Assembly: GCA_050945515.1 (NCBI GenBank)
Contig: JBMNTB010000008.1
Span: 1,665 to 65,664, forward strand
Source of the DNA: Saccharofermentanales bacterium
GTDB taxonomy: Bacteria > Bacillota > Clostridia > Saccharofermentanales > DTU023
Direction: 5' to 3'
DNA: 64,000 nt
Shown here: positions 1 through 9,144 of the stretch, in pieces
Layout: the number at the start of each line of letters is the position of its first letter
Position numbering within the stretch: position 1 is the stretch's first letter
Notes under the pieces: model-generated
The model's input: the letters and a program-made list of their open reading frames with translations, nothing else
What the model was told of the DNA's origin: nothing
Database searches by the model: none
Program-made: the position numbers and the translations under genes

Positions 1-1965
1 AAACCTGAGATTGTTGTCACTTTGTGCCGTACCGATTATGCGACAAGGATTGCCATTATTGTACTTTCTTACGCAATTACGCAATTTTTAATGACCCTGC
101 AGACAGTGAGGATGCAGAAGTATGAAAAATCCACAATGGAGCAAAGTATCCTTGAAAGAATTTCTTCCAACTTTATTTCCTTTAACAAAGAGGAGGCTGG
201 GGGAAAATTCAATGAAATGTTTGAAATGTCCGCCGAAATTCTAAATTTTGACTATGCATATTTATTAGAAGTAAGTCCCGATAACAAAAACACAACCTTC
301 GTAAGTACGTATGTTAATTGTGCTTTGGCTGAGGGTTCACAGCCTTACTATTCGGAAGTGGATGCCAAAAATGCAATATTATCCATTGTCGAATCTATAA
401 TTACTCACAAACAGCCTATAGTGTGTGACGATATTAGAGGTATTTCTATCCGAGAATATGAGGCTGCAAGAAACTACTTTATGTCAAAGGGAATCAATTC
501 ATTTTCCGCACTGCCTGTAATTATTGATGATAGAATAAGTGGAATTCTTATTGTTGAATATTGTAGCATTACCGATATGTACACCTGGGAGAATCGACTA
601 CCTATTTTAAAAATTTTAACTAATGTCTTGGCTGATGCAAATAAAAAGATACTGTACGAAGAAAGGCTGCATGAATTCGCTTATTTTGATGCGGCTACAA
701 AAATGCCCAATTTAAATATGCTTAACAAAACATTGCAATCAATTCTGCACAATGAAGAAGAACTAAAGAAAATAGCAATTTTGGATATTGAAATAGAGAA
801 TTTAAAGCCGATTAATGAGACCTTCGGCCATGACGTCGGAACACAGGTAATAATAAAATCCGCGTCAACCCTCGAAAATCTGTTTCAGGATAGCATCATT
901 ATTTCAAGGACAGGCTCAAAAGAGTTTATAGTTGCTCTGCCCTACAGCAACAATAAGGATGAAATAACGAACAGGGCGAAGGAAGTGATTAACACCTTCT
1001 CACAGCCCTTGTTGACCGAAACGGGAGTGAAAGCATTATTTGTTATTATCAACATAGGCATATCGTTATATCCGGAAGACGGAAAAGATGTAACCTCTCT
1101 TTTGGAAAGTGCCGAATTGGCGGGAAATGAGGCCGAACATTCTGACGATAAGATTGTTTTTTATACTTCAAGAATAAAAGAACATATTATAGAAACCACC
1201 TTGCTCACTAACAGACTTTTCAGCTCATTACAAAACAATGAATTTTACTTGGAATTTCAGCCTCAAATCAATCTTGCAACGGAAAAAACCGCCGGAATTG
1301 AAACTTTACTCAGACTGACGCCTGAAAACGGTAAAATATTGGAGCCGCCTAATAGATTCATCCCCATACTTGAAACCACAGGGTTGATTAACGATGTGGG
1401 AGCCTGGGTGCTTAAACAGTCGATAGCGGCACATCAGAGGCTTGTAATGAAGGGATTTGAACCCCTTCGCTTTTCCGTAAATATTTCGGCTGTTCAGCTC
1501 CAAAGGAATGATTTTGTGGATTCCGTTTCAAAAATTATAAAAGAGAGTCAAATAGAGCCGAAGTATATCGAATTGGAAATCACGGAAGGCGCGTTGTCTG
1601 AAAATTTATCGGATACGATAGAAAAAATATCGGAATTGAAAAAGTTGGGAGTAAGTATCGCCCTTGACGATTTCGGCAAGGGATATTCATCATTACATCG
1701 ATTGGAAGCTATACCTTTTGACAGAATAAAAATTGATAAAAGCATTACCGACAATATCGATTTAGAAAGAAAAAAGGCAACCATAACCGAAATGGTTGTC
1801 TCGTTGGCCAAGGCCTTTAACGCTCATACTACTATTGAAGGTGTGGAAACAAAGGATCAAGTCGATTTTTTGAAAAGATTGAGATGTGATGAAATACAAG
1901 GATATTATTTTTCAAAGCCTTTACCCATCGACAAATTGGAAGAATTTCTTAGAAATGAGATTTAA
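1..1965 (+). CDS. GAF + degenerate GGDEF + EAL domain protein (probable c-di-GMP phosphodiesterase), 5' partial
   Basis: Frame is open from base 1. GAF-like segment ends ...FSALPVIIDDRISGILIV. GGDEF site reads RTGSKEF. EAL motifs are intact (FQPQ, ETLLR, VNIS, ELEITE, DDFGKGYSS, IKID, EGVET, QGYYFSKP). Confidence 0.85.
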   Translation, partial: KPEIVVTLCRTDYATRIAIIVLSYAITQFLMTLQTVRMQKYEKSTMEQSILERISSNFISFNKEEAGGKFNEMFEMSAEILNFDYAYLLEVSPDNKNTTFVSTYVNCALAEGSQPYYSEVDAKNAILSIVESIITHKQPIVCDDIRGISIREYEAARNYFMSKGINSFSALPVIIDDRISGILIVEYCSITDMYTWENRLPILKILTNVLADANKKILYEERLHEFAYFDAATKMPNLNMLNKTLQSILHNEEELKKIAILDIEIENLKPINETFGHDVGTQVIIKSASTLENLFQDSIIISRTGSKEFIVALPYSNNKDEITNRAKEVINTFSQPLLTETGVKALFVIINIGISLYPEDGKDVTSLLESAELAGNEAEHSDDKIVFYTSRIKEHIIETTLLTNRLFSSLQNNEFYLEFQPQINLATEKTAGIETLLRLTPENGKILEPPNRFIPILETTGLINDVGAWVLKQSIAAHQRLVMKGFEPLRFSVNISAVQLQRNDFVDSVSKIIKESQIEPKYIELEITEGALSENLSDTIEKISELKKLGVSIALDDFGKGYSSLHRLEAIPFDRIKIDKSITDNIDLERKKATITEMVVSLAKAFNAHTTIEGVETKDQVDFLKRLRCDEIQGYYFSKPLPIDKLEEFLRNEI

Positions 1966-2193
1966 CTTTATTACAAAATAACCGTCGTATACTTTGAATC
2001 CATATCACCCCAGGTAATGTAATTGATCTTTGTTTTGTTGATACTTCTTTCCGACAAAAGGATGCCGAGCTTGATCAAATCGTTTTGGCTCATGAAGTCA
2101 TCCAAAATATCTCTCGAAATTCTAATTTATCCGTTAACAAATGCTCTGACAAAATATCTAAAGTCCTTTGCCTCTTGTTATTATCGGTAAAGT

Positions 2194-3096
2194 TTAAATT
2201 AATGCAGTACTGAAATATCTTTCCACTCTGTCCGGCAGAATAGTGACGATGTTTTTATCTTGACCATATTTTTGCGCCATCTGAATAGATGCCCAGACAT
2301 TGGCGCCGGCCGAAGTACCAACCAAAATACCATGCCCACTGGCCAATGCTCTTGCAGTATTAATAGCATCATCATCCGTCACCTCAACAACCTCGCTAAT
2401 CAGGCTGACATCAAGCACACTGGGAATGAACCCATCACCAATACCCTGAATTTTATGTAATCCCGGCTCGTGTCCTAATAGTGCAGAAACATTTTTCGGC
2501 TCCACAGCGATGATCTTGACCTGTGGATTCTTTTCGATAATAAAGCGACCCACTCCTTCCAAGGTACCGCCGCTCCCCAGCCCGGAAACAAAGACATCTA
2601 CCCGGCCCTCCATTTGTTCCCATATTTCCGCTGCTGTGGTTAAGTAGTGGGTATGGGGATTATGCATATTTTCAAACTGTTGCGGAACAAAAATATTCAC
2701 GTCAGCAGCTTGTTGCCGTTCCACCTCCGCAATTGTTCCACCGATGTTTTCCTTGGCATCAGTCAGGATCAGCTCGGCACCCAAAGCGCGGATGATCTTT
2801 TTTCTTTCCTCACTCATATTTTCCGGCATGACAATTACCACCCGGTAGCCCTTTTGCACACCGACTAAGGCCAGACCAATGCCGGTATTGCCCGAGGTGG
2901 GCTCCATAATCGTCATGCCTGGCTTTAATTTCCCTTCAGCTTCAGCCTGCTCAATCATATATTTAGCCACCCGGTCTTTGATGCTGCCACCGGGATTCAA
3001 GTACTCAGCCTTCGCAAAGATATTTAGCCCTGTGACTTTTTTTAGGCTGATGATCGGCGTACCGCCGATAATATCAAGAATGCTTTCAGTAATCAT
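2194..3096 (-). CDS. cysK: Cysteine synthase A (O-acetylserine sulfhydrylase)
   Basis: PLP lysine motif NPGGSIKDR, plus EPTSGNTG, GSGGT and HKIQGIG. Start set at ATG 3096, which follows AAGGCGG. Confidence 0.93.
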   Translation of the reverse strand: MITESILDIIGGTPIISLKKVTGLNIFAKAEYLNPGGSIKDRVAKYMIEQAEAEGKLKPGMTIMEPTSGNTGIGLALVGVQKGYRVVIVMPENMSEERKKIIRALGAELILTDAKENIGGTIAEVERQQAADVNIFVPQQFENMHNPHTHYLTTAAEIWEQMEGRVDVFVSGLGSGGTLEGVGRFIIEKNPQVKIIAVEPKNVSALLGHEPGLHKIQGIGDGFIPSVLDVSLISEVVEVTDDDAINTARALASGHGILVGTSAGANVWASIQMAQKYGQDKNIVTILPDRVERYFSTALI

Positions 3097-3339
3097 ACTT
3101 ATCCGCCTTGTCATATCAGTGTTTTTCCTCGCATAACGTAGAATAACTTAGCAAACTAAAAATGCCCTATTATTCCTAGTAGTTTACTATATTAGTGAGA
3201 TGAGAGGAAGTAATTCAGTGCTTCGTTATTCTCAAAAAGGGGAAGCACTTTGTCTGACATCTGCAATCCCAACAATGCGTATCAGAGAAAAGAAGAGTAC
3301 TGGCTGTTTCTGTTTAGCCCCGCATTTCAAATTTTGGAA

Positions 3340-3383
3340 AAAGCAAACGACGGCTTCGATATTATTTCAAACCGTCGTTTAGC
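3340..3383 (-). terminator. Intrinsic terminator of the ECF sigma/partner operon
   Basis: AAACGACGG (3345-3353) pairs with CCGTCGTTT (3372-3380); GCTTTTT follows on the minus strand. Confidence 0.65.
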
Positions 3384-3455
3384 ATGTTGGTCTCATTAAG
3401 TTTTTTGTTTAGTCTCTGCAAAACAGCTTATAAAATTGGTTCGCAGGACAGGTTA

Positions 3456-4274
3456 TTATAATATATCTTCTTTATCTATCTTGCATAAAATAGAGTCAAA
3501 TACTTCGTCACGGGGTGAAACTTCACTGTTTTTTACTGCTGCCATCGTTTGTTTTCTGCTGACAGAAGCAGTTTTCGTAACAACAGAGCCTGTCGCCGTT
3601 TGCATAGCCGGAACCAGTTTGGTGCGAAGGGCAAATATAATGCCGGTTCCGAGCAAAAGCACTATCGGTATCAGCAACCATGACAGGTTAGCGTTTTTGT
3701 CCTTGGCTCCGGCCTCCTCCACGGGAGCCCCGCTTTTGAATACCACAACCTTGTCTCCATAAAGCTTCTCGAACTTTTTCGTATACTCGGCAAAAATACT
3801 TTTATCCAACTCTATGTAAACACGAGGTTCTTTCCCGCTGTCGCCAAAGCCCGGAGGTCCGTCGCCTACTCCTCCCCAACCAACTCCGAGACCATAAAAG
3901 AGTTTATTTTTTCCCAAATAGTCGGAGGAGATCTCTGCAGCAATCGCCATTAACTCATTGTATGAATATTTCGCGCTGCCAAAGGAAAGGCCGGAATCGC
4001 TTATCAGCATACTGCGGATTTGATTCTCCGCCGTACCGTCATCTCCAACAAGAAGAACAGTAAGATTGCTTGTACTGCCGTCCGTGCTGAAAACAAATCC
4101 AACATTGTCAGGATACCCGTTTGTTTCCCAATGTTCATACAGAGCTACGATGTTTTCATATTTACCACTATCAGGAGACAAAGATTTGTTGTTGTCCGAA
4201 TTAGCTGCCAACGCCGTCATTGACAAAGCTAAAATGCACGTGAGTGCTATTAGAAAAGCTATTAATTTTTTCAT
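3456..4274 (-). CDS. Type I membrane protein (signal peptide, extracellular domain, C-terminal TM, cytoplasmic tail); putative anti-sigma factor
   Basis: Starts MKKLIAFLIALTCILALSMTALA after GGAGG and overlaps the sigma stop (ATGA). TM segment is WLLIPIVLLLGTGIIFAL. Confidence 0.7.
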   Translation of the reverse strand: MKKLIAFLIALTCILALSMTALAANSDNNKSLSPDSGKYENIVALYEHWETNGYPDNVGFVFSTDGSTSNLTVLLVGDDGTAENQIRSMLISDSGLSFGSAKYSYNELMAIAAEISSDYLGKNKLFYGLGVGWGGVGDGPPGFGDSGKEPRVYIELDKSIFAEYTKKFEKLYGDKVVVFKSGAPVEEAGAKDKNANLSWLLIPIVLLLGTGIIFALRTKLVPAMQTATGSVVTKTASVSRKQTMAAVKNSEVSPRDEVFDSILCKIDKEDIL

Positions 4275-4792
4275 TTTACACCTCCGGATAAAATAGACCG
4301 TAATTGTGTAATCCCCTTCTGGTATCTCCAAAGGACTGTTCCCAACGGAATGCCCATCACATCGGAAATTTCCCGAAATTTCAGTCCGCCGTTAATGCGT
4401 AAAGACACGATTTGACATTCCTGCAAAGGCAAGGTCTTCATGGCGTGGTCAATATCCATTTTTACTGAAAAGTCGTCAAGCGGAAGATACACAATGTTCT
4501 CAATACTATCCCAATTAGCATACTGTGGAAGCTTTCTCACGTTATCAATTGCCAAATTGCGCGCCATCTGGAACAAATATGCGCGAGGCTTCCTGATTGG
4601 GGACTTAGGCGGCGACTGATACAATTTGAGAAATACTTCTTGTAGTATGTCCTCTGATAACGACCTGTCCTGTGTAATTCGCAAGATAATCGTATACATC
4701 GGCGTTTTTAGATGGTTGTAGATTTCTTCAAATGCTATCTTATCGCCACTTTGTAAAGCTATTAACTTATTTTGTAAGCTCTCATTATCCAT
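4271..4792 (-). CDS. ECF RNA polymerase sigma factor (sigma70 group 4)
   Basis: 173 aa. Region 2 (EDILQEVFLKLY...AYLFQMARNLAID) and region 4 (FREISDVMGIPLGTV). Confidence 0.92.
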   Translation of the reverse strand: MDNESLQNKLIALQSGDKIAFEEIYNHLKTPMYTIILRITQDRSLSEDILQEVFLKLYQSPPKSPIRKPRAYLFQMARNLAIDNVRKLPQYANWDSIENIVYLPLDDFSVKMDIDHAMKTLPLQECQIVSLRINGGLKFREISDVMGIPLGTVLWRYQKGITQLRSILSGGVK

Positions 4793-4972
4793 GCTTTATC
4801 CCCCTTTCACTAACTATGACGAAATTGAGTTGTGCTTTTATTGGCAGGATTTAAGTGTTTTTCAAGTTTGTTTCTCCTTCTATCCACTATCCACTATCAT
4901 TATTATCCGAGATATGGCTGATTCCGCAAATTCGATAAAAAATACATCCAAACACATAAACTATCAATAATA

Positions 4973-5022
4973 TGAATTTAAATACAAAAAGGGTTGACAT
5001 TTGATAACTCCAAACTGATAAT
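4973..5022 (+). promoter_or_regulatory. sigmaA promoter of argG with adjacent ARG box
   Basis: TTGACA (4994-4999)-N17-GATAAT (5017-5022). TGAAT-TTAA-ATACA (4973-4986) resembles the ArgR/AhrC box. Confidence 0.65.
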
Positions 5023-5062
5023 GGCTGATACGAGATTAAAAGCTGTTACAGGAGTCATCTAT

Positions 5063-6310
5063 ATGTCAGTTAAAGAGATAAAAAAGATTGTTCTCGCTTA
5101 TTCAGGCGGGCTTGATACGTCCGTTATTATTCCTTGGTTAAAGGAGAACTATGAAGGCTGCGAAGTTATCGCAGTTTCATTTGACGTCGGGCAGGGATCG
5201 GAATTAGACGGCTTGGAAGAGAAAGCCATTAAAACTGGTGCATCAAAACTGTACATTGAGGACATGCGCCAAGAATTCATTACAGATTATATCTTCCCCA
5301 CATTGAAGGCCGGTGCACGCTATGAGCGTACTTACCTGCTCGGAACGTCGTTTGCGCGTCCTTGTATCACCAAACGGCTTGTCGATATCGCTAAACGGGA
5401 ACAAGCTGACGCCATTGCTCACGGTTGCACCGGTAAAGGCAACGATCAGGTTCGTTTTGAGCTGACGATCAAGGCGTTTGCTCCGGATATGAAGATTATT
5501 GCTCCTTGGCGTATTTGGGATATTAAATCGCGGGATGAGGAGATTGATTACGCCGAAGCAAATAACATTCCGTTAAAAATTAATCGCGGAACGAACTATT
5601 CCAAGGACAAGAATCTCTGGCACTTGTCACATGAGGGTATGGATCTTGAAGATCCCAGCTCAGAGCCTATGTACGACAAGCTGGGTTTTCTTGAGATGTG
5701 TGTGACACCGGAAGCTGCGCCTGATGAGCCGGTATACGTAACGATCGGTTTTGAGCAGGGTGTGCCCGTACGCATCGACGGTCAGGAACTTGATGCCGTC
5801 TCGCTCATTGAGGAGTTGAACAGATTGGGCGGTGCCCATGCAATCGGGTTATTAGATCTCGTAGAGAATCGCTTAGTCGGCATGAAGTCTCGTGGTATTT
5901 ACGAGACACCGGCCGGTACGATACTCTACCATGCACACGATGTCTTGGAGACCTTAACGCTTGATCGCGATACCCAACATTATAAGGAGATGATAGCGAT
6001 TCGTTTTGCCGAACTGGTTTACGACGGCAAGTGGTTCACACCGCTGCGCGAGGCGCTCTCAGCTTTCGTTGACGAGACGCAGAAGACCTGCACCGGTGAG
6101 GTAAAGCTCAAGCTCTACAAAGGCAACATTATCAATGCCGGTGTGACGTCGCCTTATTCACTCTACGATGAAGAAACCGCGACGTTCAATGAAGATGAGG
6201 TCTATAACCAAAAGGATGCCGAAGGCTTTATCAACTTGTTCGGTCTTCCGCTCAAGATGCGAGCCAAGATGTTGGATAAAGTGCAAGGCGGGGAGGATAA
6301 CCTTGGCTGA
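5063..6310 (+). CDS. argG: Argininosuccinate synthase
   Basis: [23 protein letters not shown] and [16 protein letters not shown] motifs. ATG 5063 follows AGGAG. Confidence 0.96.
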   Translation: MSVKEIKKIVLAYSGGLDTSVIIPWLKENYEGCEVIAVSFDVGQGSELDGLEEKAIKTGASKLYIEDMRQEFITDYIFPTLKAGARYERTYLLGTSFARPCITKRLVDIAKREQADAIAHGCTGKGNDQVRFELTIKAFAPDMKIIAPWRIWDIKSRDEEIDYAEANNIPLKINRGTNYSKDKNLWHLSHEGMDLEDPSSEPMYDKLGFLEMCVTPEAAPDEPVYVTIGFEQGVPVRIDGQELDAVSLIEELNRLGGAHAIGLLDLVENRLVGMKSRGIYETPAGTILYHAHDVLETLTLDRDTQHYKEMIAIRFAELVYDGKWFTPLREALSAFVDETQKTCTGEVKLKLYKGNIINAGVTSPYSLYDEETATFNEDEVYNQKDAEGFINLFGLPLKMRAKMLDKVQGGEDNLG

Positions 6311-7718
6311 TCTTTGGAAGGGACGATTTAGCGGTGAGCTCGCTAAGCTGGCGCGGGACTTTAACCAGTCGCTGCATATTGATGGTCGGATGATTGCGGA
6401 AGATATCAAGGGTTCACTTGCTCACGTTGCCATGCTGGGGCGACAGGGAATTATAACGGAGCAGTCCGCTCAGCGAATCGAAGCCGGTCTGCTGTCCATC
6501 CTCAACGACTACACGGCCGGCTGTTTGGAACCTGATCAAGCGGCAGAAGACGTTCATACCCTGGTTGAAGGCGAATTGACGCGGAGAATCGGCGATGACG
6601 GGAAACGTTTGCATACGGCACGCAGCCGCAACGATCAAGTTGCGCTCGATTTTAGACTTTATGCAGAAGGTGAAGCCAAGACGATTCATAAATTATTGAC
6701 GCAGTTTATTGAGAAGTTGACTGATCTGGCCGAAACATACGCCGAAACCATTATGCCGGGCTACACACATCTTCAGCGCGCTCAACCGATCACCTTTGGG
6801 CATCATTTGCTGGCGTATGCGGCGATGTTCCTGCGTGACTGTGGGCGAATCCGAGATGCTGTCTCGCGCATGATGGCTGAATCGCCGCTCGGTGCCTGTG
6901 CGTTGGCCGGTACGACCTACCCTACAGATCGCCGGGAACCCGCTCAGATACTCGGTTTCACTGGCGTTGCTGCAAACAGTATGGACGCTGTTGCTGATCG
7001 TGATTTTGCTGTTGAGCTGACGGCGGCTCTTTCCATCATCATGATGCATCTCTCACGTTTAGCTGAAGAGGTAATTCTCTGGTGTTCGCAGGAATTTCGG
7101 TTTTTAGAGCTTGACGATGCTTACGCCACGGGTTCAAGTATTATGCCACAGAAAAAAAATCCCGACATTGCAGAGCTTGTGCGCGGAAAAACAGGACGGG
7201 TCTACGGTGATCTGATCACCTTGTTAACCTTGCTGAAAGGCCTGCCACTGGCGTATAACAAGGATATGCAGGAAGATAAGGAAGCTTTCTTTGATGCTTG
7301 TGATACCGTCAAGATTTGTCTCGAACTGTTTCCGCCGATGCTCGTGACAGCTCAGATCAACAGTCAAGAGATGCGCCGGGCGGCTGCAGACGGCTTGCTC
7401 AACGCAACAGATTGTGCCGATTATCTGGTGCGCAAAGGTGTACCGTTCCGGGAAGCATATCAAGCTACCGGAGCGCTCGTCGCCCGTTGCCTAACAGATC
7501 ATACGACACTGGAGCATTTGCCGCTGACTGTTTACCAATCTGTTCATCCGGCGTTTGCACAGGATATATACCAGGTCGTCGATCTTGATCGCTGTGTAAC
7601 GGAGCGAAATTCCGAAGGCGGAACTGCGCCGGAATCTGTCAGGAAGCAAATCGCTGCAATTCGCGAGCGGTTAGCGAATGAACCGTATGTGGAGCGTACA
7701 CACAAGTTCGACGTATAA
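6303..7718 (+). CDS. argH: Argininosuccinate lyase
   Basis: LWKGRF N-terminus, [17 protein letters not shown] and [15 protein letters not shown] start at 6303 follows GGGAGG and overlaps the argG stop. Confidence 0.95.
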   Translation: MADLWKGRFSGELAKLARDFNQSLHIDGRMIAEDIKGSLAHVAMLGRQGIITEQSAQRIEAGLLSILNDYTAGCLEPDQAAEDVHTLVEGELTRRIGDDGKRLHTARSRNDQVALDFRLYAEGEAKTIHKLLTQFIEKLTDLAETYAETIMPGYTHLQRAQPITFGHHLLAYAAMFLRDCGRIRDAVSRMMAESPLGACALAGTTYPTDRREPAQILGFTGVAANSMDAVADRDFAVELTAALSIIMMHLSRLAEEVILWCSQEFRFLELDDAYATGSSIMPQKKNPDIAELVRGKTGRVYGDLITLLTLLKGLPLAYNKDMQEDKEAFFDACDTVKICLELFPPMLVTAQINSQEMRRAAADGLLNATDCADYLVRKGVPFREAYQATGALVARCLTDHTTLEHLPLTVYQSVHPAFAQDIYQVVDLDRCVTERNSEGGTAPESVRKQIAAIRERLANEPYVERTHKFDV

Positions 7719-7869
7719 CTCAGCGGAGACGATTGGTTTATAAGCGCACTGCTATATTAACAAAAAGTTGGAAAAATCTGCGCGGCTCATGCGGCAGAGC
7801 AAGGAACCGCAAGTACGACGGCGAATGATGGCGAAAAGTGAAGTTACTTTTTATGCTTACCGAAAGTTG

Positions 7870-7898
7870 TTGCATGAGAATCCAATTAAGAATACAGT
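7870..7898 (+). promoter_or_regulatory. Putative promoter of argF overlapped by an ARG-like box
   Basis: TTGCAT (7870-7875)-N17-TACAGT (7893-7898). TGCAT-GAGA-ATCCA (7871-7884) overlaps the -35. Confidence 0.45.
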
Positions 7899-7904
7899 AA
7901 ACAT

Positions 7905-7930
7905 ATAGATCTGCCTAATAGATCTGCCTA
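7905..7930 (+). repeat. Exact 13-bp tandem duplication ATAGATCTGCCTA x2
   Basis: Copies at 7905-7917 and 7918-7930, just upstream of the argF RBS. Confidence 0.9.
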
Positions 7931-7947
7931 AATAAGGGGAACAAACA

Positions 7948-8877
7948 ATGAAACATCTGCTTAAGCTATCGGATCTGACAACGGAGGAGATCAGAGATAT
8001 CCTCAACTTTGGTGATCAATTAAAATATGAGCGCAAGCACGGCATCAAGCATAAACATCTCAAGGATAAATCCCTAGGCATGATTTTTCAGAAAGCGTCA
8101 ACCCGTACGCGCGTATCGTTTGAGGCCGGAATGTTCCAGCTCGGAGGACAAGCCCTCTTTTTGTCTAGCCGCGATCTACAGATCGGGCGTAGCGAACCGA
8201 TTCAGGATACGGCTCGTGTGCTCTCACGCTACTTGGACATTATCATGATCCGAACTTTCGCCCAACAGGAAGTTGATGATCTGGCGGCCTACAGCCAAGT
8301 GCCTGTCATTAATGGCTTAACAGATTATGCTCACCCCTGTCAGGTGCTAGCGGATCTGATGACGATTCGTGAGATCAAGGGTAGTCTGGAGGGTCTAAAA
8401 CTCTGTTTTGTCGGTGATGGCAACAACGTGATGAACTCACTGATCGTCGGCTGTTTGAAGATGGGTATGTCGGTCGCTGTTGCTTGTCCTTCAGGTTACG
8501 AACCTGATGCTGAGATCCGCGCTTGGGCGGAGACGAGCGGACGCTTTTCGTTACAGGAGGATGTTTTCGCTGCCGCAGAACATGCCGATGTGCTCTACAC
8601 GGATGTCTGGGCATCCATGGGCATGGAAGATGAGATTAAAGAGCGCCAGAAGGCGTTCCGTTACTATCAGATCAATCAGCAAGTGATGGATGTGGCGGCG
8701 AACGATGCGATAGTCTTGCACTGCCTGCCGGCACATCGCGAAGAAGAAATTACGACAGAAGTCTTAGAGGCTCATGCCCACGAGATTTTTGAACAGTCGG
8801 AAAATCGTCTGCATGTCCAGAAAGCTGTAATGGTGCGATTACTATGCGGACCTTGTAAAGAGTCAAGTGTACTTTAG
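7948..8877 (+). CDS. argF: Ornithine carbamoyltransferase
   Basis: STRTR, HPCQ, DVWASMG and HCLP motifs. Confidence 0.95.
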   Translation: MKHLLKLSDLTTEEIRDILNFGDQLKYERKHGIKHKHLKDKSLGMIFQKASTRTRVSFEAGMFQLGGQALFLSSRDLQIGRSEPIQDTARVLSRYLDIIMIRTFAQQEVDDLAAYSQVPVINGLTDYAHPCQVLADLMTIREIKGSLEGLKLCFVGDGNNVMNSLIVGCLKMGMSVAVACPSGYEPDAEIRAWAETSGRFSLQEDVFAAAEHADVLYTDVWASMGMEDEIKERQKAFRYYQINQQVMDVAANDAIVLHCLPAHREEEITTEVLEAHAHEIFEQSENRLHVQKAVMVRLLCGPCKESSVL

Positions 8878-8895
8878 CTCTGTACAAAAATGACC

Positions 8896-8924
8896 TTGAC
8901 AATTTCTTTTTTCGCGCATAGAAT
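8896..8924 (+). promoter_or_regulatory. sigmaA promoter of the leader/ABC transporter operon
   Basis: TTGACA (8896-8901)-N17-TAGAAT (8919-8924). Confidence 0.8.
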
Positions 8925-8959
8925 CAATCCATGTTATTGAGAACGGAGAAAGTGCAAAG

Positions 8960-9040
8960 ATGAGACAAGTCACGGATATGCGTTTCAACGTCTACTATTA
9001 TTACGGCAAGGTGGTTCGTTGTTGCGCTTTCCGCAAATAA
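8960..9040 (+). CDS. Tyr-rich leader peptide MRQVTDMRFNVYYYYGKVVRCCAFRK (attenuator)
   Basis: GGAGA (8945-8949) precedes ATG 8960. TAC TAT TAT TAC at 8993-9004, TAA at 9038-9040. Not in the supplied ORF track (too short). Confidence 0.75.
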   Translation: MRQVTDMRFNVYYYYGKVVRCCAFRK

Positions 9041-9067
9041 CGCATATTTGCGTATGACAAAGCCGAT

Positions 9068-9107
9068 AACGTCCACCAAATCTACAGACAGGTGGACGTT
9101 TTTATTT
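9068..9107 (+). terminator. Attenuator intrinsic terminator in the 5' leader
   Basis: 10-bp stem AACGTCCACC (9068-9077) / GGTGGACGTT (9091-9100), followed by TTTATTT, upstream of the first ABC gene. Confidence 0.8.
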
Positions 9108-9144
9108 GCAAATTCATTAATTATCTGTATTGGAGGTATAAAAA

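Noticed and set aside
1971-2126. Short minus-strand open frame (…MSQNDLIKLGILLSERSINKTKINYITWGDMDSKYTTVIL*)
   Set aside because: No convincing RBS or recognisable family; it could be a gene remnant but cannot be supported.
4880-4899. CTATCCA x3 microrepeat upstream of the ECF sigma
   Set aside because: Very short; no evidence of function.
6168-6302. Long N-terminal extensions in the ORF track (argH here; also argG, recG, mraY, murF, nrdR, sbp and the ABC ATPase)
   Set aside because: The extensions overlap upstream genes or promoters; downstream starts have an RBS and/or match family N-termini.
8930-9110. T-box riboswitch upstream of the ABC importer (AAGGTGGT resembles the start of a T-box)
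   Set aside because: It lacks the ACCGCG continuation and any recognisable stem I, and it lies only about 80 nt from the promoter. The leader-peptide model explains the pairings better.
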